Source of the DNA: Candidatus Latescibacterota bacterium
Lineage (GTDB): Bacteria; Latescibacterota; UBA2968; GCA-2709665
Reading direction: 5' to 3'
Length of the DNA: 64,000 nucleotides
Assembly: GCA_965219995.1 (NCBI GenBank)
Contig: CBDCOX010000002.1
Coordinates: 2,976,001-3,040,000 of the forward strand
Below, one piece after another: positions 29,870 through 40,994 of the stretch (the stretch's first letter is position 1; each line of letters starts with the position of its first letter). The position numbers and the translations under genes are program-made. Below the pieces are notes generated by a model. It was given only the letters and a program-made list of their open reading frames with translations, was not told the DNA's origin and did not search any database.

Positions 29870-31342
29870 ATGGACAGATCCACGGAAAAAATCGCCAAAG
29901 AGGGACTCACGTATGACGATGTGTTGCTGATTCCCGGAAAATCCGAGGTATTGCCCGGCCAGGTGGATCTGACCACGCAACTCACCCGCGGGATCAGGCT
30001 GAATATTCCTCTGGTCAGCGCCGCAATGGATACCGTTACCGAAGCCCGGCTCGCAATCGCACTCGCCCAGGAGGGCGGTATCGGAATCGTCCATCGGAAT
30101 CTGTCCGTGGAAGAGCAGGCCGAAGAGGTGGCCAAGGTAAAACGGTCGGAAAGCGGAATGATCGTCGATCCGCTGACGCTTTCGCCGGACAATTATATCC
30201 GGGAAGCGCTGGAGATGATGTCCAAGTATCGAATTTCCGGCGTGCCGATCGTCGACGGGAGCAGGAGGCTGGTGGGCATCCTGACCAACCGGGACCTCAG
30301 ATTCGAGAAAAACGTACACCGCAAGGTGTCCGAGGTGATGACACACAAGGGGCTGGTGACGGCCCGGCTGGGAATCTCTCTTGAGGAAGCACAGGAAATC
30401 CTGCAGGAGCATCGCATCGAAAAGCTTCCCGTCGTTGACGATAAGGGCGTGCTGAAGGGCCTGATCACCGTGAAGGACATCGAGAAGAAAATCCAGTATC
30501 CGCACGCGTGCAAAGACGGGCTGGGAAGGCTCCGCGTCGGCGCCGCCGTAGGGGTCGGGAACGATCTGGAAGCCCGTGTCGGGACGCTGGTCGACAGGGA
30601 CGTGGACGTGATGGTCGTGGATACGGCGCACGGCCATTCGCGGGGCGTTCTCCAAGCGGTCGAACGGATCAAGAATGCCTTTCCCGAAACGGAAGTGATT
30701 GCCGGCAACATCGTAACCGCCGAAGCGGCGCGGGACCTGATTCTGGCCGGGGCGGATGCCGTCAAGGTGGGTATGGGCCCGTCGGCGAGCTGCACCACCC
30801 GGGTAATCGCCGGAGCCGGCGTACCCCAGATATCCGCGATTATGGACTGCGCGGACGTTGCGGAGAAGGCAGGCGTCCCCGCGATTGCCGACGGAGGAAT
30901 CACCCAGTCGGGTGATATCACCAAAGCCCTCGCGGCGGGCGCGAATTCCGTGATGATCGGCTTCCTGTTCGCAGGGACGGACGAGAGTCCCGGAGAAACG
31001 GTCATCTACCAGGGACGGACGTTCAAGGTGTATCGAGGTATGGGTTCGCTGGGGGCGATGCAGCGCGGCAGCAGGGACAGATATTTCCAGGGTGGCGTTG
31101 AAGCCAATAAGCTGGTCCCCGAAGGAATCGAAGGGCAGGTGCCATACAAGGGATCGATCTCGGGGTTCATCTATCAGCTCATTGGCGGTCTGAGGGCGGG
31201 CATGGGCTATTGCGGGACGAGAACCATCGCGGAGCTCCGGAGGAACGGTCGATTCGTGAAGGTGTCGTCCGCGGGTTTCAGGGAGAGCCACGCGCACGAC
31301 GTTTCGGTGACGAAAGAAGCGCCAAACTACCGGCTCGAGTAG
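29870..31342 (+). CDS. guaB: IMP dehydrogenase (with CBS pair)
   Basis: [57 protein letters not shown]. Confidence 0.95.
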   Translation: MDRSTEKIAKEGLTYDDVLLIPGKSEVLPGQVDLTTQLTRGIRLNIPLVSAAMDTVTEARLAIALAQEGGIGIVHRNLSVEEQAEEVAKVKRSESGMIVDPLTLSPDNYIREALEMMSKYRISGVPIVDGSRRLVGILTNRDLRFEKNVHRKVSEVMTHKGLVTARLGISLEEAQEILQEHRIEKLPVVDDKGVLKGLITVKDIEKKIQYPHACKDGLGRLRVGAAVGVGNDLEARVGTLVDRDVDVMVVDTAHGHSRGVLQAVERIKNAFPETEVIAGNIVTAEAARDLILAGADAVKVGMGPSASCTTRVIAGAGVPQISAIMDCADVAEKAGVPAIADGGITQSGDITKALAAGANSVMIGFLFAGTDESPGETVIYQGRTFKVYRGMGSLGAMQRGSRDRYFQGGVEANKLVPEGIEGQVPYKGSISGFIYQLIGGLRAGMGYCGTRTIAELRRNGRFVKVSSAGFRESHAHDVSVTKEAPNYRLE

Positions 31343-31419
31343 AACGCCGATCCCCGAAAGGCACACGGCAGATGGTAATCTACATCTGCCGTTTCTCATG
31401 CATTTCCGGGGCCAGGGAG

Positions 31420-32553
31420 ATGAGCGTGCAGTTCGATATCGAGGACATCCGGGCTCGGTTTCCGGTGACGCGGAACTGGATTTACATGAACCACGCCGGA
31501 ATCGCGCCCATCTCTCAGTGCGTCTACCAGGCAATGGACGGCATGCTGCGGGACCTGACCCGCAACGGCATGGCGAACCTCCCGGAATGGGACGACGTTT
31601 GTATGCGGACGCGGGCATCGGCCGCCCGCCTGGTTGGCGCGAACGCGGCGGATATCGCCTTCGTCAAGAATACGTCTGAAGGTATCCTCACGGTCGCCAA
31701 CGGATTGGCGTGGCGGGAGGGCGACAACGTCGTGATCCCCGACCGGGGATTTCCAGCCAACGTCTACCCGTGGATCAATCTGGGTTCATTGGGCGTTGAG
31801 GTCAGGCGCGTTCCCGAGGTCGACGGCCGAATCCCGCTGGAGGGCCTGTTGAACGCCGTCGACGCCCGGACACGCGTGCTGTCGGTGAGTTCGGTTGAAT
31901 TCGCGAGCGGATTCCGTCACGACCTCCGGGAAATCGGCAGATTCTGTAAGGCGCGGGGCGTTCTCTTTTTTGTGGATGTCATTCAGAGCCTGGGCGTGCT
32001 GTCCCTGGACGTGGCGGACGCCGAGATCGATTTTCTTTCGGCCGACGCCCACAAATGGCTTCTGGGTCCGGAGGGAATCGGCGTCTTCTATTGCTCTTCC
32101 CGCGCAAGGCAGCACCTGCGAGTGATGAATCTGGGCTGGGCGAACGTCGTGGATCCCAGGGACTTTCTGTCGTACGACGCCACGCTGTTGCCCGACGCCC
32201 GTCGGTTTGAATGCGGCACGTTGAATACGGTTGGCATCCATGGGCTCGGCGCCGGTCTCGAACTCCTTCATCGCGTCGGCATCGAACGGATCGAAGCGAG
32301 AGTGCTTTCGCTGACCGATCGGCTTTGTGCCGGCCTCGAGGAAAGAGGCTATGGCGTGCTCAGTTCCAGAGCATGCGGCGAAAAATCGGGCATCGTCGTC
32401 TTCCGCCACCCCCGCATCGACACGGAAGCGGTTTTTCAGACGCTGTCCGACGCGCGGGTCGTTTGCGCGATCCGTGGGGGTCGCATCCGGCTGTCGCCGC
32501 ATTTCTATAATACGGAAGAAGAAGCCGATCGCGTGCTGGATGCGATTCCGTGA
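31420..32553 (+). CDS. Aminotransferase class V (cysteine desulfurase/selenocysteine lyase-like)
   Basis: YMNHAG, VDVIQSLG, ADAHKWLLGPEG, RFECGT, IRLSPHFYN. Confidence 0.9.
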   Translation: MSVQFDIEDIRARFPVTRNWIYMNHAGIAPISQCVYQAMDGMLRDLTRNGMANLPEWDDVCMRTRASAARLVGANAADIAFVKNTSEGILTVANGLAWREGDNVVIPDRGFPANVYPWINLGSLGVEVRRVPEVDGRIPLEGLLNAVDARTRVLSVSSVEFASGFRHDLREIGRFCKARGVLFFVDVIQSLGVLSLDVADAEIDFLSADAHKWLLGPEGIGVFYCSSRARQHLRVMNLGWANVVDPRDFLSYDATLLPDARRFECGTLNTVGIHGLGAGLELLHRVGIERIEARVLSLTDRLCAGLEERGYGVLSSRACGEKSGIVVFRHPRIDTEAVFQTLSDARVVCAIRGGRIRLSPHFYNTEEEADRVLDAIP

Positions 32554-32560
32554 AGGGGGA

Positions 32561-32798
32561 AAGGCGGGGAGACGTTAGACGTAAGAGGGGAGATGATATG
32601 AGTGCCCGTTCGGTATCATTTCTTGCCAGAGGCATAAAGGAGCAACCAATCGGGCAAAGATGTCATCTACCGTCTAACGTCTCCCGTCTCACCGGTTTTA
32701 TTGCCCCGTGTGGTTTCATTTCTTGCCGGAGGCATAAAGATAGAACCAATCGGGCAAAGACGTCATCTACCGTCTTGCGTCTCACGTCTCACCGCCTT
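32561..32798. repeat. Family A element with core 2; core plus right arm tandemly duplicated
   Basis: Left arm ggcggggagacgttagacgtaagaggggagatga; two copies of tcatttcttgccRgaggcataaag...aaccaatcgggcaaagaYgtcatctaccgtct...gtctcaccg. Confidence 0.85.
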
Positions 32799-32842
32799 TG
32801 GCTGATCGCTGCTTTTCCTGGTGATTGGGGAGACTGGAGAGT

Positions 32843-33262
32843 ATGACGGGGAATGTCGCCGAAGGGGTCGAGGATGTTCTGGACGCATTGGAAAACGCCG
32901 TGATCGACGGGGATTCCGATGCATTGGGAGAAATCCTGGATGAGGACGTCTGCGCGTTTTTTTCGGGTGGAGGTGCGCCGGTACGCGGACGGCAGGCCGT
33001 CCTTGCGACCTGGATACGACACTTCAGGCGCTGGTCTGACGTACGAATCCTGCGCAGGAAGACGGTGACGGAGACCCGAGGCACGGTGGCCTGGGGAGAC
33101 TTCCTGTGGGACGGCGAGGGCAGGATGAGCGGGCAACGCTACAGGCTTGAAGGCGAGCGGTGGACGGTGGTTCTGCGATGCGAGGACGGTTCCTGGCGGT
33201 TTGTACAGATGCATTCATCCATGCCATACAGGAATTGGGAAGCGCACCGGGTCAGCGGATGA
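32843..33262 (+). CDS. SnoaL/NTF2-like protein
   Basis: GD.DAL..IL.ED, VRGRQAV, RWTVVL...DGSWRFVQMHSS. Confidence 0.8.
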   Translation: MTGNVAEGVEDVLDALENAVIDGDSDALGEILDEDVCAFFSGGGAPVRGRQAVLATWIRHFRRWSDVRILRRKTVTETRGTVAWGDFLWDGEGRMSGQRYRLEGERWTVVLRCEDGSWRFVQMHSSMPYRNWEAHRVSG

Positions 33263-33339
33263 AAAAGCAGTAGATAGTGGTCAGTGGTCGGTGGATCGCG
33301 TCCGGCGTCGTCGAAGACGGATGATGAAAGAGGGCCTCT

Positions 33340-34458
33340 GTGGAGGAATTGCCGGAGACGATTCTGCAATTTGGCGGAGGCGGCTTTCTCCGGGCGTTCG
33401 CCGATGTCTTCGTACATGAAGCGAATGCCGGCGGTGAGGCCGTGGGGCGGATTGTGGTGGTTCAGTCCACCGCGGGCAACCGCGCCGCGCTGCTGAACGC
33501 GCAGGGCGGGCGCTACCACGTCGTTGTGAGGGGGTTGGCGGGCGGGGTCGAAATCGACAATACGCTCGCGGTTCGGAGTATCAGCAGGGCGCTGCTGGCG
33601 AAACGCGAATGGGACCGGGTGATCGAGGTCGCCCGGACGCCGTCCCTGCGCATGGTGATCTCCAATACGACGGAAGCGGGATATTCGCTGGTCGCCAACG
33701 ATGGACCCGAAACGCCCCACTCGTTCCCCGCCCGGCTGCTCTGCGTTCTTCATGCGCGGTACAGGGCCGGCCTGCCGGGACTGGCGGTGCTTCCCTGCGA
33801 GCTGGTGGCTCCGAACGGCGAACTGCTTCGGGACCTGGTGCTTTCCCAGGCCGACACCTGGCGTCTGGATGCGGGGCTTAAGGACTGGATCCGACGGGAC
33901 GTGCGATGGGTGAACACGCTGGTGGATCGAATCGTCAGCGGCAGGCCGGAAGCGCATCCGCTCCTGGAATCAGACGGTTTGCTGACGGCAGCGGAGCCGT
34001 ATGCGCTATGGGCGGTCGAGGCGGAACCGGGCGATCTCTTTCCGCATCCCTGTGTCCGGTTCGTCCGGGACGTGCGACCGTTTGCATTGCGGAAGGTGCG
34101 CATCCTGAACGGCGCGCATACGGCGCTGGTGTGCAGGGCGCTGCCGGAGGGATTGCGGACGGTCCGGGAGGCGGTCGGGAATCCGGTGGTCGGGCGGTGG
34201 CTGAAGCGCCTGGTTTTCGAGGAAATCGTACCCACGCTTCAGGACGTGGTGGAAGATGCGGGCGGGTTTGCCGAACAGGTGATGGAGCGATTCGCCAATC
34301 CCTTCCTGGACCACCGGCTCGAGGATATCGCGCTGCACCATGAAAAGAAGGTACGCGTCCGCCTGACGCCGACCTATAAGGCGTTTCTGAAGGCATTCGG
34401 GCGGCCGCCGGAGTTGCTGGAAAATATCCTTGCCCCGTTCATGAACACAAGGCGATGA
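33340..34458 (+). CDS. uxaB: Altronate dehydrogenase (tagaturonate reductase, UxaB-like; mannitol dehydrogenase family)
   Basis: ILQFG.G.FLR.F, ISNTTEAG, SFPARL, PCEL...NG, NTLVDRIV, KVRILNGAHT, ERFANPF. Confidence 0.85.
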   Translation: MEELPETILQFGGGGFLRAFADVFVHEANAGGEAVGRIVVVQSTAGNRAALLNAQGGRYHVVVRGLAGGVEIDNTLAVRSISRALLAKREWDRVIEVARTPSLRMVISNTTEAGYSLVANDGPETPHSFPARLLCVLHARYRAGLPGLAVLPCELVAPNGELLRDLVLSQADTWRLDAGLKDWIRRDVRWVNTLVDRIVSGRPEAHPLLESDGLLTAAEPYALWAVEAEPGDLFPHPCVRFVRDVRPFALRKVRILNGAHTALVCRALPEGLRTVREAVGNPVVGRWLKRLVFEEIVPTLQDVVEDAGGFAEQVMERFANPFLDHRLEDIALHHEKKVRVRLTPTYKAFLKAFGRPPELLENILAPFMNTRR

Positions 34459-34503
34459 TAGAGAGGAATTGGTATCGCCAGGCCGTATCGTTATCCCGGT
34501 TTA

Positions 34504-34524
34504 GCTGACGGCTGATTGCTGACA
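34504..34524. repeat. Heptamer repeat (GCTGAYN)x3
   Basis: gctgacg gctgatt gctgaca. Confidence 0.65.
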
Positions 34525-34557
34525 GCTTGACTCTGGATCAAGTCAAAGGAGGTGTTA

Positions 34558-35787
34558 ATGGATAACGCGGCACTCCTGGGCGGAACCCCCGTCCGGTCCG
34601 AACCGTTTCCGTCCTGGCCGCAGTCGGACGGACGCGACCTGGATCATTTGCGCGAGGTCCTGAAAACCAGCCTCTGGGGAGGCACGATTCATGGTCCGAG
34701 GGTGACGGCGTTCTGCGATGCTTTCGCAGAGTATTCGGATGCACGGCGCGGCGTGGGGATGGGCAGCTGTACGGCCGGGCTGGAGTTGTCCCTCCGGGCA
34801 TTCGGCGTCGGACCGGGTGACGAAGTCATCGTCCCGGCCTACACATTCATCGCAACGGCGCTGGCACCGCTGGCAGCGGGAGCGGACGTCGTCTTCGTGG
34901 ATATCGATCCCCGGACGCTCTGCGCAACGCCGGAGACCATCGAAAGCGCGATTTCCTCCCGCACCAAAGCGGTGATTCCCGTTCATTTCGCCGGTCACGC
35001 CGCGGACGTGGAAGGCATTCGGGCACTGGCCGACAGGCACGGGCTGAAGGTCGTATGGGACGCGGCCCATGCCCACACATCCGGATGGCGGGGCCGGATG
35101 CTGGGCGGTCCGGGCGACGTGGCGGTTTACAGTTTCAATCACGCCAAGAACCTGACGTGCGGCGAGGGAGGGATTGTGACCACCGACGACGAAGCGCTCG
35201 CGGACTTCCTGAAATTCACGCTTTCGACGTTTGGAAGGAAGAAAGGCCGGCCCTGGTACGAGCATCACCATCTGGGATTTTCCGATCCGCTGACCGAGTT
35301 TCAGGGCGCGATTCTGCAGGCGCAGTTCGAACGGCTGGATGAGCAGAGTCTCAAGCGCGAGGAGAATGCGAGGCTGCTGATCCGGGGACTGGCGGAGGTT
35401 GACGGCATCGAACCGCCATACGTTGCTCCGGACGTCACCCGCCACGGCTGGCACGTGTTTGTGATGCGGTATGACGCAGACGCCTTTGGGGGGCTTCCGA
35501 AGGAGACCTTTCGCAGCGCGCTCGAAGCGGAGGGCATCCCGAACGGCGGGTATACGTATCCGTTGTACGACAACCCCATGTTCAACCTGGAAACGGGCGA
35601 GGTCGCCGGCGCACAGGGCAGGTGCCGCGCGATGCCCTGTCCGGTGAGTGAATGGGCGTGCCGGGACGGCGTTTTCAATATCGCGCAATCGGTGTTGCTG
35701 GATGATCCCGACGGCATGAACGATATCGTGGCCGCCATCGAAAAGGTGAAAGCCAATGCCGACGCCCTTGTGGACTGGAAGGAGTGA
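34558..35787 (+). CDS. DegT/DnrJ/EryC1/StrS sugar aminotransferase (RifK-like)
   Basis: VGPGDEVIVPAYTFIATA, IPVHFAG, DAAHAH, SFNHAKNLTCGEGG; AAGGAGG RBS. Confidence 0.92.
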   Translation: MDNAALLGGTPVRSEPFPSWPQSDGRDLDHLREVLKTSLWGGTIHGPRVTAFCDAFAEYSDARRGVGMGSCTAGLELSLRAFGVGPGDEVIVPAYTFIATALAPLAAGADVVFVDIDPRTLCATPETIESAISSRTKAVIPVHFAGHAADVEGIRALADRHGLKVVWDAAHAHTSGWRGRMLGGPGDVAVYSFNHAKNLTCGEGGIVTTDDEALADFLKFTLSTFGRKKGRPWYEHHHLGFSDPLTEFQGAILQAQFERLDEQSLKREENARLLIRGLAEVDGIEPPYVAPDVTRHGWHVFVMRYDADAFGGLPKETFRSALEAEGIPNGGYTYPLYDNPMFNLETGEVAGAQGRCRAMPCPVSEWACRDGVFNIAQSVLLDDPDGMNDIVAAIEKVKANADALVDWKE

Positions 35788-35790
35788 ACG

Positions 35791-36606
35791 ATGGCGGAGA
35801 AGGTTGCTCTGACGTTATCCCAGCGCTTTCATTTCGACACGTACGGATACGTCCTGCTCGAAGACGCGTTGACCGCGAACGAGGTGGAACGGTTGAGAGC
35901 GGCGCTGTACCGCCTGAAAGCCAACCCCGCGGCCGCACCGCAGGTTTATACTCGACCGAGGGGCGACCACCACGTGCTGTTTGGAAATCTGGTGGAGTTC
36001 GACCCCGCCCTGCTGGCATATGCGGCCCATCCCGGGCTGGTTCCCCTGGTGGAAGAGGTGGTGGGCGGCGCCGTGCGGCTGGAGGAGACGGAGGCGATCA
36101 TCAACCGGCGGGACCCGAACGCGGATCTGGACCAACTTCGGAAACGCAGGACCAACCCCACGGGTTTCCACAGGGGAACGACGGCGACCTGGGGCTGCTA
36201 TACGGAGCAGGACCGGTACCACTGTGTCTTTGTGAAGACGCTTGCGTACCTGACGGACGTGGGGCCGGATGACGGCGGCACCTGTCTGATTCCCGGCAGC
36301 CACCGGCTGACGTGGCCTCGTGAGGAAATGGTCCTGGCGGCCATGGACGACGAGCGGCTGATCCATCAGGTCGAGGCCAGGGCCGGATCGGTGCTCCTGT
36401 TCGGCGAGTCGTTGATTCACAGCACCACCGCGATTCGGAGCGATAAGGAACGGGTGATTCTGGTCGCGGGGTACACGCCGCCCATGCTCCGGGAGTGGAT
36501 GGGCAACGAAGTGAGTCCCGAATTCGTCGCGAGCCTGCCCGAATCCATACGCCCGCTGATTTCGGGCAGCGACAGCTGGAACTGGCGGCGGAACTACAAA
36601 CACTGA
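35791..36606 (+). CDS. PhyH-family Fe(II)/2-oxoglutarate oxygenase with HxG motif
   Basis: FDTYGY, GFHRG, YLTDV..DDGGT.LIPGSH, AGSVLLF, LIHS, ER. Confidence 0.85.
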   Translation: MAEKVALTLSQRFHFDTYGYVLLEDALTANEVERLRAALYRLKANPAAAPQVYTRPRGDHHVLFGNLVEFDPALLAYAAHPGLVPLVEEVVGGAVRLEETEAIINRRDPNADLDQLRKRRTNPTGFHRGTTATWGCYTEQDRYHCVFVKTLAYLTDVGPDDGGTCLIPGSHRLTWPREEMVLAAMDDERLIHQVEARAGSVLLFGESLIHSTTAIRSDKERVILVAGYTPPMLREWMGNEVSPEFVASLPESIRPLISGSDSWNWRRNYKH

Positions 36607-36633
36607 TATCAATTCTTGCGAGGAGTTCTCACC

Positions 36634-37377
36634 ATGGCGGACGAGCGCGTATTCGTGGGGGATTTGACCCGGACGGAATTTCGAGAGCGGATGGAATCGG
36701 GAACGATTGAAGCGGCGATCGTCCCGACCGGCGCCACCGAGCAGCACAACGAACACCTGGAGATGATTCACGACGCGTTCCATGTGACCCACGTCGCGGA
36801 ACAGGCCGCCAGGCGGCTTCATCCCCGGGTTGTGGTGGCGTCACCCGTCAGCATTGGCGTATCGGAGCAGTGGATGGCGCACATCGGGACGCTGACGGTT
36901 CGGCCCGAAATCTTCTGCGAGTACGTTTACGACGTGTGCGATTCACTCCGGCGGGCGGGGATTCGGAACATTCTGATTCTGAACGGCCACGGGGGCAACG
37001 TGAAACCGATCATGCGCCGCATCGACGAGTACAGGGAGCGGCTGGGTGTGAATCTCCGGTTTCAGTCGTACTGGGACGTGTACGATCCCGCGCTGGTCTT
37101 TTCGACCATGGAGACCAGACGCCTTCCCGGACACGCATGTGAATACGAAACGTCGACGATGTTGGCGCTGGCGCCCGAACGGGTGCACGAGGCGGATATG
37201 GTCAATGAGGCTGCGGGGATGGCAACGAAGGAGAAAGGAGAGCGGCTGCTCGGTCCGGCGGTTGAGGGTGTTGCGGACGTGCTGAGCCGCATGATTGCGG
37301 GAAAGGCGGTGAACAGGCCACCGGTCACGTACGTGGACGGGCAGCGCATTCACATGGTAACCGGCGAACCGGTCTAG
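36634..37377 (+). CDS. Creatininase family amidohydrolase
   Basis: PTGATEQHNEHL...D, LNGHGGN, GHACEYETS. Confidence 0.92.
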   Translation: MADERVFVGDLTRTEFRERMESGTIEAAIVPTGATEQHNEHLEMIHDAFHVTHVAEQAARRLHPRVVVASPVSIGVSEQWMAHIGTLTVRPEIFCEYVYDVCDSLRRAGIRNILILNGHGGNVKPIMRRIDEYRERLGVNLRFQSYWDVYDPALVFSTMETRRLPGHACEYETSTMLALAPERVHEADMVNEAAGMATKEKGERLLGPAVEGVADVLSRMIAGKAVNRPPVTYVDGQRIHMVTGEPV

Positions 37378-37448
37378 TGTCCCATGGCGTTGCGCGGCAC
37401 GCCTGCACGCCTTGCCGACAGCGCGGTGGCGTGCGGGTATCCAAAAAA

Positions 37449-37523
37449 TGGAGCCGCCCGGGGGGTTCGAACCCCCGACCTACGGATTACAAATCCGTTG
37501 CTCTACCACTGAGCTAGGGCGGC
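37449..37523 (-). tRNA. tRNA-Thr(TGT)
   Basis: Reverse complement gccgccctagctcagtggtagagcaacggatttgtaatccgtaggtcgggggttcgaaccccccgggcggctcca folds as a cloverleaf with anticodon TGT and encoded CCA. Confidence 0.97.
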
Positions 37524-37608
37524 TTGAACTGACGACCTGTTTCGGCACATCTAAGCATTTAATGTGAGCGCCAGGCGGGGATACGGCCCGGACGACGCAC
37601 GCGATCCG

Positions 37609-39021
37609 TCATGAACGCTTCCAGACCGTCCCCTCCGGTGTGTCCTCCAGCGTGTAGCCCATTTCGGTGAACCGGTCCCGAATCTCGTCCGCCCGAGCCC
37701 AATTCCTCTCCTTCCTCGCGTGGTCGCGTTCCGCGATCAGCACCGCAAGGTCCTCCGGAAGTTCCTCTTCCCGGACATCGTCTGCAGCCCGGTCGAAAAC
37801 CCCCAGGACCTGATCGATTTCATCCAGAAAGCCGTCGACCAGGTCGGCGCCGTCCCGGTCCACTTGTCCCGCACGGAGCTGATCCTCCACCGCATTCACC
37901 ATCTCGAATACGGCGCTCATCGCACGCGGCGTGTTCAGATCGTCGTCCATAAACCTGACGAACCCCTCGCGAGCCGCGTCGACCTGCGACGTCACGTCCT
38001 CCCCCCCGCCCGTCCGGGTGACTTCGCTCAGCCTGCGCCTGAAGTTGTCCAACCTGCGCATGGTGCGCCGCGCGGCGTCAAGGACTTCCGCGGAGAAATT
38101 GAACGCGGTACGATAATGATTGCTCACCACCAGGTACCGGAACGCCCGCGCGTCATTGGGCGTATTCACGATATCCCGCACAGTCAGGAAATTGCCCAGG
38201 CTCTTGGACATCTTTTCGTCGTCGACGTTGATATGCGCGCCGTGCAGCCAGTAATTGACGAAGCGTTTTCCCGTGAACGCCTCGCTCTGCGCGATCTCGT
38301 TCTCATGGTGAGGAAAAATCAGGTCCACCGCCCCCGCGTGGATGTCGATGGTTTCCCCGAGATATCTGATGGACATGCACGAGCACTCCATGTGCCAGCC
38401 CGGCCTTCCCTTGCCCAGGTCCGTTTTCCAGAACACTTCTCCGTCTTCCGGTTTCCACGCCTTCCACAGCACGAAATCCCGCGCGTCTTCCTTGTTGTAT
38501 TTGTCCGTATCCACGCCGCTGGCCCCGGTCTGCAATCCTGAAACGTCCAGTTGCGCCAGTTTGCCGTACGAAGGAAAGCGCCGGATTGAAAAATACACGG
38601 ACCCGTTGTGTACGTATGCATAACCGTCTTCGATCATCCGCGAGATCATTTCCACCATTTCGGGTATGTGGTCCGTGGCCCGCGGCGTGTGGTCGGCCGG
38701 GAGGATGTTCAACGTCTCCATATCCTCGAAGAACGCGGCCGCGTATCGATCCGTGAGCGCCTTCAACGTAGTCTTTTCGTCGCGCACTTTACCGATAATA
38801 TTGTCGTCCACGTCCGTAATATTCATCACGTGGCAAACCCGATACCCCCGATAGGTCAGATAGCGCTTGATCAGGTCGAAAACGATGAATGTCTTGAAGT
38901 TCCCGATGTGGGAATAATCGTGAACCGTCGGCCCGCAACTGTAGAACGTGACCCTGCCCGGCCGGATCTCCTTGAACTCCTCTTTTTTCCGGGACAGACT
39001 GTTGAATAGTCGAACGGCCAT
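37609..39021 (-). CDS. cysS: Cysteinyl-tRNA synthetase
   Basis: CGPTV...HIGN, DFVLWK, GRPGWHMECS, FPHHENEIAQ, KMSKS, DDLNT. Confidence 0.98.
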   Translation of the reverse strand: MAVRLFNSLSRKKEEFKEIRPGRVTFYSCGPTVHDYSHIGNFKTFIVFDLIKRYLTYRGYRVCHVMNITDVDDNIIGKVRDEKTTLKALTDRYAAAFFEDMETLNILPADHTPRATDHIPEMVEMISRMIEDGYAYVHNGSVYFSIRRFPSYGKLAQLDVSGLQTGASGVDTDKYNKEDARDFVLWKAWKPEDGEVFWKTDLGKGRPGWHMECSCMSIRYLGETIDIHAGAVDLIFPHHENEIAQSEAFTGKRFVNYWLHGAHINVDDEKMSKSLGNFLTVRDIVNTPNDARAFRYLVVSNHYRTAFNFSAEVLDAARRTMRRLDNFRRRLSEVTRTGGGEDVTSQVDAAREGFVRFMDDDLNTPRAMSAVFEMVNAVEDQLRAGQVDRDGADLVDGFLDEIDQVLGVFDRAADDVREEELPEDLAVLIAERDHARKERNWARADEIRDRFTEMGYTLEDTPEGTVWKRS

Positions 39022-39065
39022 TGACCTTCCCTCGTCCTTTCGTCCCGGAACCTTGTCGCACACGG

Positions 39066-40169
<1,104 letters not shown>

Positions 40170-40198
40170 CGACGAAACCCCGGATGACAATAGATTCT

Positions 40199-40283
40199 TG
40201 AGAAGCTGTTTTTAAATTAACGGCGAGTTATCGAGCGCGAACGAAAAAGCGGCGGTTGTAGGGCGCGAGAGACGCGCTCGGTC
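40199..40283. repeat. Family C element half (between dedA and ddl)
   Basis: Reverse complement aligns to ~25470-25524 (ccgccRctttttcgYtcgcgctc...aactc.ccg..aattt.aaaacagcttc). Confidence 0.7.
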
Positions 40284-40284
40284 A

Positions 40285-40971
40285 TCAGGATCTGTCGGAT
40301 CCGGATTGTGTCGGCTCCCCGGGATCCTCTGGCGCTGCCCCGCGCTTCTTCCTTCGCCACAGCCAATACCCGATCCCGCCCGCAACCATCAGCACGAGAA
40401 TCACACGGTTATAGGCCCGCAGCACGTCGACCACGAGCCCCCAGTTTTCGCCCACCTTCAGTCCGAAATACACCAGCAGGCTGTTCCAGAGCAGTGTGCT
40501 GAGAACGACGTATACGGACATTCGAACCGGATGGATCCGGCTGATGCCGGCAACGATTCCGATAAATGCCCGTACGGTCGGCAAAAACCGGTTGAAGATC
40601 ACAATCCGATCGCCGTACCGCGAAAACCCCGCCTCCACCCGGGCCAGGTTCTTTTCCGTGAGAATCCGGGACTTGAAGCCCAGTAAAAACGCGCGTCCCT
40701 TCCAGTACGCCACCGCGTATACCAGCAGGCACCCCAATGTGCTGCCCAACCACATCGCCAGATACGCCGGCACCAGCCGGACAATACCCATACCGGCCAG
40801 ATACGCGCCGAATACGATCAGGGTATCTCCGGGAATCGGCGGGATCAGATTTTCCAGGAAAGCGCCGAGGAACAAGACAAAATAGATCAATTCCGGGGAC
40901 TGATCGTTCAGGAACGCCAGAAACTGTTCCCATACCTGCGAAAGGAAAGCAAGATCGAACGAAAAATCCAA
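40285..40971 (-). CDS. DedA family membrane protein
   Basis: FLEN..PPIPGD, GS.LG...Y, RYG, RFLPTVR, AG; TTG start with AAGGAG RBS. Confidence 0.9.
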   Translation of the reverse strand: MDFSFDLAFLSQVWEQFLAFLNDQSPELIYFVLFLGAFLENLIPPIPGDTLIVFGAYLAGMGIVRLVPAYLAMWLGSTLGCLLVYAVAYWKGRAFLLGFKSRILTEKNLARVEAGFSRYGDRIVIFNRFLPTVRAFIGIVAGISRIHPVRMSVYVVLSTLLWNSLLVYFGLKVGENWGLVVDVLRAYNRVILVLMVAGGIGYWLWRRKKRGAAPEDPGEPTQSGSDRS

Positions 40972-40994
40972 CCGACGCTCCTTGGAAGCTACTT

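Noticed and set aside
32604-32798. Possible CRISPR array
   Set aside because: Only two ~100-nt units, no unique spacers, and no cas genes; explained as a Family A duplication
37449-37523. tRNA-Thr as an island integration site
   Set aside because: No integrase, no duplicated tRNA 3' end seen, and no obvious composition shift
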